From the IMG/VR virus record IMGVR_UViG_3300017917_003066: 64,000 nt of DNA; one strand, 5' to 3'. A program made the translations under genes and the position numbers. Each line of letters begins with the position of its first letter. Position 1 is the first letter of the stretch. Shown in pieces: positions 8,763-18,826 of the stretch. The notes under the pieces were generated by a model. The model saw nothing but the letters and a program-made list of their open reading frames with translations, searched no databases and was not told the origin of the DNA. This stretch comes from an uncultured virus (IMG/VR IMGVR_UViG_3300017917_003066). Taxonomy: Duplodnaviria; Heunggongvirae; Uroviricota; Caudoviricetes.

Positions 8763-10420
8763 GAAAAATAAGTTTAATAACATTTTTACTATTGTTTGTT
8801 GTCAAATCGGCAACATCACAAACCTTTAACTATTCAGGTTATGTTTATAATTCTAATGGTAATGGTTTACAAAATATACCTATAAAGGTTTATAAGAGAA
8901 CAACTCCTAACTTAACAGGATTTACATCTCAAACAAATTATAATGGTCACTCTTATTATAGATCAACAACATCTGCCTTCTGGTCAGACGCAAAGTTGGC
9001 TTGTGAATCTATGGGTGGACACTTAGCTACCGTCTCTAATGCAGCTGAAAACAATTTCTTATATACAACTTGGCCCTCTGGATGGATAGGTTATTATCAA
9101 GATGTTGCTGGTGCTTTTTATGGAGAACCAAATGCTGGTTGGAGATGGACACAACCATATGTAACTAGCGGTCAATATAATAACTATGATGTTAGTTCTT
9201 ACACATCAGGTTCTACATTAACAGATATTAAATCGAGTAAAAATGCTACTTTGTATAATTCACCTTCTTTAACAACTGGTGGTGGTAAGTACTTAACATT
9301 TAATGGTACAAATCAATATGGTATAACTAGTGATCTTTCTTCTGGATTTGGTAGTTCAGAAGTTATAAGTCTTTTAATGTGGGTTTACCCTACTGGCAAT
9401 GGTGTTATTTTATCAGAATTAGGAATAGCTAGTCCTTCTTCAGGTTGGCATGAATCAGTGTTTGAAATAACTGGAAGTAACACATTAAGAATAGGACTTT
9501 GGAATGGAACAGGTATAACTCAATTAAGCACATCTATAACACTAAACACATGGAACTTAATAGGACTAACATATAATGGAACAACAATGACTGGTTACAA
9601 AAACGGTACTAGTATTGGTAGTGTTAATTTTAACAGAGAAGCACCTCATCTAAATGGAAATGGTGAGCATTTTGCTTTTGGTTTAAGCGATTTAACGAAT
9701 ATGGGTTCTGGTGCATATGGTAATTTTAGATTAGGATATTTTCAAGTATACACAACATCTCTAACAACAGATGAGATGAATAGAAACTATATGTCTACTG
9801 CTTGGAGATTTGGAGTTTATCCATATTCTGCTTGGAACGGAGGTGAACCAAATAATGCGGGTGGTGAAAACTATATTCAATTTGTTGGAGGTGGACTTTG
9901 GAATGATCTACCAAATAATGTATCATTACCTTATGTTTTAGAATTTGACTATGTTGTAACTTATTCATCTTGGGTACTAGATACAACGGTTTATACAAAC
10001 TCATCTGGTTATTACACAGTATCAAGACCAACAAATCCTTCAATAGAAAGGTATATTGAAATATCATCTTTGAATCTACCATTACTAACATCTATGGATG
10101 CTCAATCACCGTTGCCAATCACTCTTGGATTAAATCCAATAACATCAAAGTCTTACTATTTATATGACGTAAATTTTGATGGTAGAATAAATGTTACTGA
10201 TTCTTATTTTATACACGGTAGAATTAGTGGTCGATTTTCAAATTGGTTAAATTCATATCCTAATTATAGAATATTTACACAAGCTCAGTACAATATTATA
10301 AACTCAAGTAGTTTAGATTTAAGACTATCATATCCAGGTGTTCAGACATATACTATAAACTCACCTGTTAGTGGGCAGTCTATGAATTTTTACATTTTTA
10401 GAACAGGATATGTAAATTAA
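8759..10420 (+). CDS. Secreted C-type lectin / LamG-like / dockerin-like protein
   Basis: WSDAKLACESMGGHLA, WIG, GEPNN, WNDL; LamG-like WNLIGLTYNG; YDVNFDGRINVTD. Confidence 0.8.
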   Translation: MRKISLITFLLLFVVKSATSQTFNYSGYVYNSNGNGLQNIPIKVYKRTTPNLTGFTSQTNYNGHSYYRSTTSAFWSDAKLACESMGGHLATVSNAAENNFLYTTWPSGWIGYYQDVAGAFYGEPNAGWRWTQPYVTSGQYNNYDVSSYTSGSTLTDIKSSKNATLYNSPSLTTGGGKYLTFNGTNQYGITSDLSSGFGSSEVISLLMWVYPTGNGVILSELGIASPSSGWHESVFEITGSNTLRIGLWNGTGITQLSTSITLNTWNLIGLTYNGTTMTGYKNGTSIGSVNFNREAPHLNGNGEHFAFGLSDLTNMGSGAYGNFRLGYFQVYTTSLTTDEMNRNYMSTAWRFGVYPYSAWNGGEPNNAGGENYIQFVGGGLWNDLPNNVSLPYVLEFDYVVTYSSWVLDTTVYTNSSGYYTVSRPTNPSIERYIEISSLNLPLLTSMDAQSPLPITLGLNPITSKSYYLYDVNFDGRINVTDSYFIHGRISGRFSNWLNSYPNYRIFTQAQYNIINSSSLDLRLSYPGVQTYTINSPVSGQSMNFYIFRTGYVN

Positions 10421-10435
10421 AAAATAAAATAAAAT

Positions 10436-10894
10436 ATGAAAAATCTATTATTAATACTACTAACAATTATTCCATTAATTGGATTTTCACAATCTCAGAA
10501 TTGTGTTAAAGTTGACTCTGTTTATTCTACCTGTAAAGCAAAAGACTTAGGTAGAAGAGATATAAGATTCGGTATCAAACAAATGGCTGAAGATGAGATG
10601 TCAAATAAATATTGCTTATCCGATTTAGGTGATGATGTCGATATAGAAATATATTACTTTGGTACCCCAAAAACAACTGTAAGAGTTTTAGGTGTTGAAA
10701 AAACAGAAATAAAGACTCAAGTGGGTATTAGAATTTATTACAAAGGACAAAAGTATGAAGGTATAGGAGAATCGGAAGTTGAAGTTAGAGCCGTATTGAT
10801 AGAGTTAGTCGAGGGTTCTGTTCCTTTTAGTCAAACAACAGTTTCGTCTGCGATAAAAAAAGGAATAATTGAATGTATATCAAAAATGCCATAA
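10436..10894 (+). CDS. Secreted protein, apparent short paralog of the CsgG-like ORF
   Basis: Signal peptide; GIGES...FSQTTVSSAIKK parallels GLGEAS...FNQSTIGITTKK of 6244..6975. Confidence 0.55.
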   Translation: MKNLLLILLTIIPLIGFSQSQNCVKVDSVYSTCKAKDLGRRDIRFGIKQMAEDEMSNKYCLSDLGDDVDIEIYYFGTPKTTVRVLGVEKTEIKTQVGIRIYYKGQKYEGIGESEVEVRAVLIELVEGSVPFSQTTVSSAIKKGIIECISKMP

Positions 10895-11328
10895 CTATAT
10901 TATTTCTTATTCTATCAACCACACTATTCGCTCAGATTAAAATAGATGACGTTGGTGATGGTTGGAAGTCAAAGGTAGACTCGGCTCTTAGAATAATCGA
11001 GAAAACAGACCAGGAAGTCTATAAAGAAGTTATATCAAATTGTAATTATATAACATTCTGGTTAGGTAATTTCTCAACAACAACAGATTCATCAACAATT
11101 ATGATATCTACAAAAGATATGAAGATAGGATCTGTTAATAATATAGCTTGTATAATAGTTCATGAATCACATCATTTATTATTAAAGAAGAATAAAGTTA
11201 AGATGTCCCCAAAAGATGAAGAGTTAGCATGTTACATGTTTGAGTATGAATTTCTAAAAAAAATACCAAATCCAGAAGATTGGTTAACAATTCATGTTAT
11301 TAAATGTATATTGAAATTTAAAGACTAA
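10873..11328 (+). CDS. Secreted zinc metallopeptidase-like protein
   Basis: Signal peptide; VHESHH followed by a downstream EE. Confidence 0.6.
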   Translation: MYIKNAITILFLILSTTLFAQIKIDDVGDGWKSKVDSALRIIEKTDQEVYKEVISNCNYITFWLGNFSTTTDSSTIMISTKDMKIGSVNNIACIIVHESHHLLLKKNKVKMSPKDEELACYMFEYEFLKKIPNPEDWLTIHVIKCILKFKD

Positions 11329-11533
11329 CTTTAAGACTACCTGGATTAAAAGTTAGCTCAATCACTTGAAACCCATAATCTTTACAAGTTTCTTTTACTA
11401 TATCTTTCATATTTGAGCTTATTCCAGTTACAACCTCGACTTCACTTACTTTACGTTGCATCATCTCCCAAAAGAAAACATCTAATTTTCTTGAAACTTC
11501 ATGATGTCTTATTCCGTGTAAGTCTATTTTCAT
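11318..11533 (-). CDS. Smr-domain protein
   Basis: IDLHG...VVTG...NPGSL. Confidence 0.75.
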   Translation of the reverse strand: MKIDLHGIRHHEVSRKLDVFFWEMMQRKVSEVEVVTGISSNMKDIVKETCKDYGFQVIELTFNPGSLKVSL

Positions 11534-11536
11534 TGG

Positions 11537-12508
11537 TTATAAATATTTTATTACTCTATTATATCCTTTAGAACCAACTTTTGTTGACATAAACCCACCT
11601 GAGTCTAATTCTAAATCTTTAACTATTTCATCAACAAAGAATTTAGGGTCTTTGCCTTCTTCATAGTAATTAGATATATCAGATTGATATTGATCGATTA
11701 AATGATTAAGTACAACAGGTCTTATATTATATTCTTTTAATAAATTTATTATTTGCGTTGTATATTCTTGAATATCATTATATGATTCATTTGTTGGGTA
11801 AACATTTCTATTAAGAACAATATGAACATTAATATTTACATTTCTTGGGACATTCCAAGGTTGACCTGATCCGGCTACTTGAAAGTATATTGTTAAAACA
11901 CCGGATGTATATTCTAAGTGATTAATTAACTTATAACAAGCTTCTTCTGACGTATCAATTATTTCATATTCATCTTTTTCCCAATTCCTACCTCCACTTG
12001 AAATACTTTTTTGATAAACTTCATTTTTATCAAAGTTATATCTTATACTAAGATTACCTCTCCAAACCTTCTCAATTTGTTTAAATAGTGATATTCTTAC
12101 TTCTTGAGATTTGAATGTTCCATAGTTATCATCATCAATATCATATTCTTCGTCAGAACTATCAACTTTATATTCATTTATTTCAAAACCCATATCATAA
12201 AGTTCTTGTAGACACTCTTCTACAATGTTTGCATCTTCATCATCTAGTTTAGATTCTTTTAATTTAGTAATACCTTTAGCTGGCTCTAAAAATCTTAAAT
12301 CAGAAACTTCATTAGGTTTACCTTTTTTAACTTTTCTACCTTTCTTATCTAAAAGATAAAAAGTAATATCACCTGAACCAGAAGTACCTGTTGTGCCAGC
12401 TAAGGTACCTGGTTGTGAATTTGAAACAGCACCCATACCTGCAGTAGTAGCTGTTGAGGCGGCTGTACCATCTTCAAAAAAGTTATTATATTTTTTAAGA
12501 TATTTCAT
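11537..12508 (-). CDS. Hypothetical, probable internal virion protein (start revised to 12508)
   Basis: MKYLKKYNNFFE N-terminus 5 nt after TTAATATATA. Confidence 0.6.
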   Translation of the reverse strand: MKYLKKYNNFFEDGTAASTATTAGMGAVSNSQPGTLAGTTGTSGSGDITFYLLDKKGRKVKKGKPNEVSDLRFLEPAKGITKLKESKLDDEDANIVEECLQELYDMGFEINEYKVDSSDEEYDIDDDNYGTFKSQEVRISLFKQIEKVWRGNLSIRYNFDKNEVYQKSISSGGRNWEKDEYEIIDTSEEACYKLINHLEYTSGVLTIYFQVAGSGQPWNVPRNVNINVHIVLNRNVYPTNESYNDIQEYTTQIINLLKEYNIRPVVLNHLIDQYQSDISNYYEEGKDPKFFVDEIVKDLELDSGGFMSTKVGSKGYNRVIKYL

Positions 12509-12764
12509 TGGTGTATATATTAATATTCTCAGAGTTATTTGATTTACAAAGTGGACAAGTAGGCTCACCATCTTCTTTAATAAAGAAGTATTCAGAGTTA
12601 CAATCTAAACATTTATAAGGAAGAGCTTGTTTGAGAGGAATTGGTTCAGTTTTTGGATCTCTTGGAATTTCAGGGTTATTAAGAGCCCATGATGATCCTG
12701 CCCAAGATTGTTGAAATTCATCACCATATACACCTATTTCATTAAACTTTTTCAAGTATTTCAT
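12495..12764 (-). CDS. Small zinc-ribbon protein
   Basis: CLDC...CPLC; MKYLKKFNE N-terminus. Confidence 0.65.
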   Translation of the reverse strand: MKYLKKFNEIGVYGDEFQQSWAGSSWALNNPEIPRDPKTEPIPLKQALPYKCLDCNSEYFFIKEDGEPTCPLCKSNNSENINIYTNEIS

Positions 12765-12788
12765 AGGATATATATTAACTATTTAAAA

Positions 12789-13053
12789 CAAGAAAGACTG
12801 GTTTAGAATTGTGTGAATCAATTCTTAGCCAGTCTTTTTTCTTGTGAAGTTCAGAAGTTCACATCTTCATTCTTTCGTGTCACACACCTTTTAATTCGAC
12901 CGTATCGATGTGACTGATACTAAGTCTACTGCGGGACCAACAGATTTATCATCCCATAACCTCGGCAAAGGTTATTCTGTTATTCGTCTGGATTGCCGTC
13001 CGTGACTTATTACAGAATATTTGTTGTTTTGGTTTCGGTTAACTCAATAACCT
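12789..13053 (-). ncRNA. Putative ~260-nt structured RNA of unknown class
   Basis: Host-type promoter at 13059-13066, several hairpins, terminal long hairpin with T-tail (12789-12844), no ORF in the track. Confidence 0.45.
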
Positions 13054-13089
13054 TAATACAAATATACAACAAATATTTAAAACAACAAA

Positions 13090-13347
13090 TTATTTTACCT
13101 TTAATTTAAATTTTTCTGATTTAGATTTGATGTCTTCTATATTAGCACCAAATATAAGTGCTACTATGACTATTAAAATAGCTATAATTACTATAGAAAA
13201 AACAAGTGCTATTGGTATCCAAAGAGGTGATGTTACCCACCACCAAGACCAATCAATATTACCAGTCAGTTTGAGTACCAGAAATACTATGAATAATACA
13301 GATGTGATGCTTAACCCAGTGCTTGAATTGCTTTTACTTGTTGCCAT
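13090..13347 (-). CDS. Small phage membrane protein
   Basis: LKLTGNIDWSWWWVTSPLW between two TM helices. Confidence 0.75.
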   Translation of the reverse strand: MATSKSNSSTGLSITSVLFIVFLVLKLTGNIDWSWWWVTSPLWIPIALVFSIVIIAILIVIVALIFGANIEDIKSKSEKFKLKVK

Positions 13348-13361
13348 TATATAATTAAATT

Positions 13362-13973
13362 TTATTTTATACCAATTTTGTTTAATAAAGTTTCACGTCT
13401 TTGAGTTTTTGTTTGATATTTAGGACATCTATATAGCTCTCTAAAACCATCTATTCTCAACTCACTAGTTATTGTATATCTTCTACTAACTTGTTGACTT
13501 TTCTTATCAATCAATCTACCTAAAGCAAAGTAGTAATACTCACCATTTTCTTCTTCACAGTAAATTAAAGTTCCAAATGCTTGTTTCCAAGCATCTTCCA
13601 ATTCCCAACCAATATCATTGTCATTTATAAAAGTTGCTATAACTAATATAAGTGTAGATATAGAAAAAAGTATCCAAAAAAGAATATTAAAACCACTATA
13701 ACTTGAAATCTTTATTTCACCGTTTACAATCTTAATAGGTTCTTCTGAAGTAATAGTTTCATACTCTATTTTATTATCGCTAATGGTTTTGTAAAAATAA
13801 ACGTTGGTTTGTTCAACTTTAGTCTCACCTATTATTTTATAAGTATCTATCGTATCTGGGAAATTACCAGCAAGGTTAAAACAAACTATAGATGTAGTTA
13901 ACAATATTGTTTTAACAATATTTGTTCTAACTAACTCAAAAATAAGTACTAAAATAAATTTTAAATATTCCAT
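13362..13973 (-). CDS. Hypothetical membrane protein
   Basis: Two TM segments; host-type promoter at 13992-13999. Confidence 0.65.
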   Translation of the reverse strand: MEYLKFILVLIFELVRTNIVKTILLTTSIVCFNLAGNFPDTIDTYKIIGETKVEQTNVYFYKTISDNKIEYETITSEEPIKIVNGEIKISSYSGFNILFWILFSISTLILVIATFINDNDIGWELEDAWKQAFGTLIYCEEENGEYYYFALGRLIDKKSQQVSRRYTITSELRIDGFRELYRCPKYQTKTQRRETLLNKIGIK

Positions 13974-14017
13974 ATCAAAATTAAATATTTACAAATATAA
14001 TAAAAAATATATACAGT

Positions 14018-14203
14018 ATGGAAAAAATTTTAACATTTGAATCTTTCATCAATGAAGCTTATAATAAACCAAGAGCAGGTGGTAAAAAACGTTGGTCTGT
14101 TAAATATAAAAAATCTATAAACTGTTCTAATCCTAAAGGTTTTAGTCAAAAGCAATACTGTAAAAGAAAACGTAAAGGTGGTGCTTATAAATCAGAGAAC
14201 TAA
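14018..14203 (+). CDS. Small basic protein, probably virion-associated
   Basis: WSVKYKKSINCSNPKGFSQKQYC, a motif type I recall from T4-like phages; FESFINE N-terminus. Confidence 0.65.
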   Translation: MEKILTFESFINEAYNKPRAGGKKRWSVKYKKSINCSNPKGFSQKQYCKRKRKGGAYKSEN

Positions 14204-14413
14204 TTCTGGTTTACTCTTTAGAATAATAGCATCAAATAAACCATAAACGTTATCCCACGTTTCATCATCATAAAGAATATCAAAATCCGTTTTATTTAAT
14301 TCGGCACAATAAGCATCCATATATTTTATAAATTCAAAGACTATATCTTTATCTCCAAATTCTTGACCTTCTTTAATGTAGGAAATAACTGATTCTCTAA
14401 GGGATGCTTTCAT
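14192..14413 (-). CDS. Hypothetical protein
   Basis: ORF track; plausible composition. Confidence 0.5.
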   Translation of the reverse strand: MKASLRESVISYIKEGQEFGDKDIVFEFIKYMDAYCAELNKTDFDILYDDETWDNVYGLFDAIILKSKPELVL

Positions 14414-14576
14414 AATAAAGTAAAAATTTTTTGTAAATTATTTATTAATATAAAATTATGACTTTGGACCCATTCCTCTGTCTCTTAATTCATCAAGACC
14501 TTTACCTACTTGAGTTAGGTGATTTTTTATACTACTAATAAAATTTTTACAAAAGTATAAAATTTTTTTCATTGTA

Positions 14577-15026
14577 TTAAATATTTTTTAAATTTATATT
14601 AGAAATTTTTGAAATTCTATCTGTATGTCTTCCACCTTCAAATCCAGTACTCAAAAATTCATCAACGCATTTGAAAGCCTCTTCTTCAGAAATATATCTA
14701 CCAGGCATTGTTAGAATGTTAGCATCATTATGTAGTCTTGCCATGTTAGCAATTTCTGAATTCCAACAAAGAGCTGAACGAACACCAGACCACTTATTAG
14801 CAGTCATATTTATTCCGTTACCTGAACCACAAATTAAAATACCAAAGTCGCATTTTTGATTATTTACATCTTCTGCAACAGCATGACCAAAATCAGGATA
14901 ATCACATCTTTCTTCTGAATAACAACCCCAGTCATTTAATTCTATACCTTGTTTAGAGTTAAGATACTGTTTTACTTTTTCTTTTAATTCAAAACCTGCG
15001 TGGTCACTACCGATGGATATTCTCAT
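14577..15026 (-). CDS. rpiB: Ribose-5-phosphate isomerase B
   Basis: GSDHAG, CGSGNG, ARLHNDAN, FEGGRH. Confidence 0.95.
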   Translation of the reverse strand: MRISIGSDHAGFELKEKVKQYLNSKQGIELNDWGCYSEERCDYPDFGHAVAEDVNNQKCDFGILICGSGNGINMTANKWSGVRSALCWNSEIANMARLHNDANILTMPGRYISEEEAFKCVDEFLSTGFEGGRHTDRISKISNINLKNI

Positions 15027-15067
15027 AATAAAATTTTATTTTTTCATGAGTTATATTATTTGCATCT

Positions 15068-16282
15068 CTAAAGTTGAGGATGTTCTGTTACATTGATTAG
15101 TAAAGATTTGATTGTTCCAGGATTCATAGTCCCTCCCATAAGTTGACTAACATTCCACTGTGTTCTCTTAAAACCTAATCCATCTTGACCTTTTGATGCA
15201 ACTGTGTATAAATAGTTAATCTCATTATGTTCTGAAATATAATCAATTGCTCTTATAATTTCATCTTCTATATCAGACCAATTAAAGTCCTTTGAGTTTT
15301 CATATGAATACTCATTATCTGTTCTATTAATCGGTAACCAAATTCTAATAATGCGCTCCGAATCACTCATTTGATCCACACTAACAGTAAATCCCTCATC
15401 TATAAGATGTGTCAAGTTTATTTCAACATCGTCTTTAAATTGTTCAAAAAAAGATTCTTTGATGATTCTAAATTTAAGTAATGGTTTATCATTTATGGTA
15501 ATATCACCTTTAGCATTATTACCTATCTTTTTAACTATCATTTTCTTATTCTTAAACCTTCCACCTAAAACAGTATCACCTATTTTTATTGGAACTTTAA
15601 TATCTTCATTAAAATCACTATACTTCTTTATTCTATCACCTCCTTTTAGTGAGTCAACGTTATCTTTCATATCATCACTTTTCATCATCATAGGTTCTAT
15701 CTTATCGCCTTTTTCAGTTGGTTTTTCATATTGAAAGCTATCAGGAACATCATCTATAAATTTAAAATCTTCTATAGTAGTTTCAAATCCAAATCTATTA
15801 AAAAAGTCTACTAATGATTTTAATGAATCTTTTGTGAATCCCCAGAATGTTTCTGGATCATAAAGTGAATTTTTACCAGTATAGTGATAAACTTTAACAA
15901 TGTTTGGTTTATCAATTGTAAACTCATATTGCATATGATCGCCGTAAGATATATCAACATTTAATCTTAAAGAGTCTGGGTTAGCATGATCACCACTATT
16001 ATTTTTAACAAGTGTTATATCAATACAAAGATAGTCTGGTTCACCATCATCTAATACATTCTCACCATTTTCAACAGTAGATTGATAATAAGCAATCTGT
16101 ATACAATTCATTAAATTAGAAATATCTACTGGGTGATCTAAATTATCTTCTACTTTGTTCTCTCTTTTTAGAGTAAATTCGCCATTTTCGGTTTTGATAG
16201 TAAGTTCAGTTGGAAGAAATTTTATCCATTCTGAATTAAAAATAGATACTTTATTCTCATTATATTTTTTCAAATATCTCAT
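15068..16282 (-). CDS. Hypothetical multi-module protein, probable virion protein
   Basis: MRYLKKYNE N-terminus and an internal IKKYSDFNE copy. Confidence 0.6.
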   Translation of the reverse strand: MRYLKKYNENKVSIFNSEWIKFLPTELTIKTENGEFTLKRENKVEDNLDHPVDISNLMNCIQIAYYQSTVENGENVLDDGEPDYLCIDITLVKNNSGDHANPDSLRLNVDISYGDHMQYEFTIDKPNIVKVYHYTGKNSLYDPETFWGFTKDSLKSLVDFFNRFGFETTIEDFKFIDDVPDSFQYEKPTEKGDKIEPMMMKSDDMKDNVDSLKGGDRIKKYSDFNEDIKVPIKIGDTVLGGRFKNKKMIVKKIGNNAKGDITINDKPLLKFRIIKESFFEQFKDDVEINLTHLIDEGFTVSVDQMSDSERIIRIWLPINRTDNEYSYENSKDFNWSDIEDEIIRAIDYISEHNEINYLYTVASKGQDGLGFKRTQWNVSQLMGGTMNPGTIKSLLINVTEHPQL

Positions 16283-17365
16283 TTAGACCATATCTTTATT
16301 TTTTACATCACCACTATATGATATATCATTAAGTCTATTTAACCACCCTTCACCATGTCTCTTGAAAGTCTCTGACTCTCTATATCTCTCTTCTCTAAAC
16401 TTTTTAATAGAGTTGAAAAGATTTTCTTGGTCTAATTCATTTGATTTGGATAATATTTCTTCTGAGAAGATAACATCAGTATCTTTTATTTCAATACCAT
16501 TTTCTTCCAAAGCATTTCTCATTACAGTTCTCATACCATCAACTCCTTGATTTACACAACCGTCATATATAATGTTAGCGACATCTTGATTTTCTAAAGT
16601 ACCTAATGATTGAGCATCCCAGTAATCATTCTTGTATATTTTTAAGGCTGTTTTGTATGATAAGTTAATCATGTCATTTTTTGTTAAAAGTCTAGTTATA
16701 CCCTTGCTCTTAAAATATTTTGCTAGTATAGGCGCTGATATACCATGATTTGTGCCTATAAATCTTCTTCCACCTATAACATCAATATAGTTACCATTAT
16801 CACCTTTATCATCTGAATAACCAGCTTCAGCTAATTTAACTAACTTTTGAGCCTCTTCAAATGATGCTTTTGTTTTTTCAGATTTATCTTTTTTAGTTAC
16901 AGATATTACTTCTTCTGTTTGGTCTTTAGATAAACTAAATCCACCTTTTGATATAACACCATCTGTGGAACCACCAACTAAATAGCTCAAACTAACAAAT
17001 GTTAAAAACACACCAGTAACCGAAGCTATCAATCTTCTTCTTATTGTTGTAGGTAAACTTTTAAATTTGTTAATTAGCTTAACATAATACTCTTTAATTT
17101 TTTCTTTAGGTAGTTTTTTTATAAACTCACGAAGTTTATTTAGAGCCTTCTCACCGAATCCAATTATTAAATCCGTTAGTTCGTCTCTATCATTACCATC
17201 TTCTTCTGGTTCTTCTTCCGACTCTTGATTTGTATAATCCCATTCTATAGTATTAGGACCTGTCCATTTACCTTCAACATCCTCAACTAGTCTAAAAAAT
17301 TCATCTACTATGAAATTAAATTCTTTTTCTAAAAGAAATTCATTATATTTGCTAATATTTGTCAT
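16283..17365 (-). CDS. GH108-family peptidoglycan hydrolase with N-terminal extension
   Basis: EAGYSDDKGDNG, GTNHGI, YKNDYW, C-terminal GWLNR. Confidence 0.85.
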   Translation of the reverse strand: MTNISKYNEFLLEKEFNFIVDEFFRLVEDVEGKWTGPNTIEWDYTNQESEEEPEEDGNDRDELTDLIIGFGEKALNKLREFIKKLPKEKIKEYYVKLINKFKSLPTTIRRRLIASVTGVFLTFVSLSYLVGGSTDGVISKGGFSLSKDQTEEVISVTKKDKSEKTKASFEEAQKLVKLAEAGYSDDKGDNGNYIDVIGGRRFIGTNHGISAPILAKYFKSKGITRLLTKNDMINLSYKTALKIYKNDYWDAQSLGTLENQDVANIIYDGCVNQGVDGMRTVMRNALEENGIEIKDTDVIFSEEILSKSNELDQENLFNSIKKFREERYRESETFKRHGEGWLNRLNDISYSGDVKNKDMV

Positions 17366-17380
17366 AAAACTATATATTAA

Positions 17381-17950
17381 ATGTTAATACTAATTATTAT
17401 TTTATTTATTCTACAGGCATATAGCTTGGCTAGAATTATCTCAATGCATAATATAAAAGTAGAAAGTGAGAAGGTTATTGAGCGATACAAAGGAGTCACT
17501 GCTTTGAAAAAAATACCTGAAAAAGTATCTTACAGAGATGTTGAGCCAGATTGGAAAACATTTTACAATTTCATGGAAAATATTAAACTTGAAGATTGGA
17601 AAGCTGAAGTAGAAGAAGATAGGCTTAGAATTGATCGTGATAGTTGTTGGGTTATTAATATTATATCACATGACCAAAAATCATCAATGAGTGGTAGGTT
17701 GAGAGATTATGGTGATGGTATTTTCTTATCTAATTGTAATATCAGAGCGGGTGGCACTTCTTTATCGATTGGCAGAGAAGACAAAATTGCATCAGATGTT
17801 ATTTTATTTTTCTGGGATTATGTTATAAAACATTACGAAAGTCAAAATCAAGAAATAAGATCTTCATATCAATCAAGTATTGATAAAATTAATGCTGAAC
17901 TAAAAACATTAAATCGTAGCAATAGATTAAATAATATTTTATCACTATGA
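17381..17950 (+). CDS. Hypothetical protein with C-terminal R-x-x-[KR]-L motif
   Basis: N-terminal TM; ends RSNRLNNILSL. Confidence 0.6.
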   Translation: MLILIIILFILQAYSLARIISMHNIKVESEKVIERYKGVTALKKIPEKVSYRDVEPDWKTFYNFMENIKLEDWKAEVEEDRLRIDRDSCWVINIISHDQKSSMSGRLRDYGDGIFLSNCNIRAGGTSLSIGREDKIASDVILFFWDYVIKHYESQNQEIRSSYQSSIDKINAELKTLNRSNRLNNILSL

Positions 17951-18309
17951 CCGGAGTAGAACTTGAAAAAATTTTAATGAGTAGTGGTCTATTCAAAGAT
18001 GAAAATGTTTATATGGTTGAAATTATCAATGGTAAAATATTTAATAGAGTTCCATCTTATTATAAGATGTTTATGCCATTGTTGGGTAAACTAGAAATTC
18101 GTATTTATTATAATAAACACGGAGATGGTACAAAGTGGGTAGACTTTACTATAGGTGGTGTTAATTTATATGCTTGTCATAAGTTAAAAGATTTAGACAT
18201 TACAACTTTATGTGGTGAATTGAATAAAATACTTGGTTCTGATAAAAGATTTGTTGAATGGTCTACTAAAGAACTGAGAGATTATAAAATTAACTCATTA
18301 TATGAATAA
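17947..18309 (+). CDS. Hypothetical protein with C-terminal motif
   Basis: Ends LRDYKINSLYE. Confidence 0.6.
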   Translation: MTGVELEKILMSSGLFKDENVYMVEIINGKIFNRVPSYYKMFMPLLGKLEIRIYYNKHGDGTKWVDFTIGGVNLYACHKLKDLDITTLCGELNKILGSDKRFVEWSTKELRDYKINSLYE

Positions 18310-18826
18310 GAAAAAATTGAAAAAACTAGCTAAACTTTTTCATGAAGAGATTAGAAATTATGAAAAAGAATCAAGACTTGTAAAAATGTCTGAGGAAATT
18401 TCAAATAGTGATTGTGATTGGTCTGAATACGATTCAGAAGTTAGTGATAAGTTTAGAAAGATGGTTTTAAATTTAGCCAACTATAAAAATAATATCAATA
18501 TCAACATTGACTCTAATAGAGTCTCTATTAGTACAAGTGATATAACAACAGTTAAAAAAGGAGTTAAGAGAACTTCAAATACTCTATACAACGAGGATAG
18601 CTATGTTGAAATGTCTTTGATTAAAAACCTAGGGTTTAGCATTAACTACGGATATAAACTTAGAAGTAATTATAAAGATGAAAAGCTATTTGACGAGCTT
18701 CAACCAATTCTTATTCAAAAGCTTAAAGAAATAAATGCTGATAACTTTAATGAAATCTGGACTGAATTAATGAAAGAGTCTGGTGTTTTAAGAGATAACA
18801 ACTTAGACGAGATATTCAATGGATAA
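18302..18826 (+). CDS. Hypothetical protein with C-terminal motif
   Basis: Ends LRDNNLDEIFNG. Confidence 0.6.
   Translation: MNKKKLKKLAKLFHEEIRNYEKESRLVKMSEEISNSDCDWSEYDSEVSDKFRKMVLNLANYKNNININIDSNRVSISTSDITTVKKGVKRTSNTLYNEDSYVEMSLIKNLGFSINYGYKLRSNYKDEKLFDELQPILIQKLKEINADNFNEIWTELMKESGVLRDNNLDEIFNG

Noticed and set aside
14453..14540. Short open frame ISSIKNHLTQVGKGLDELRDRGMGPKS on the minus strand
   Set aside because: No ATG/GTG/TTG start for the full frame; cannot be supported as a gene
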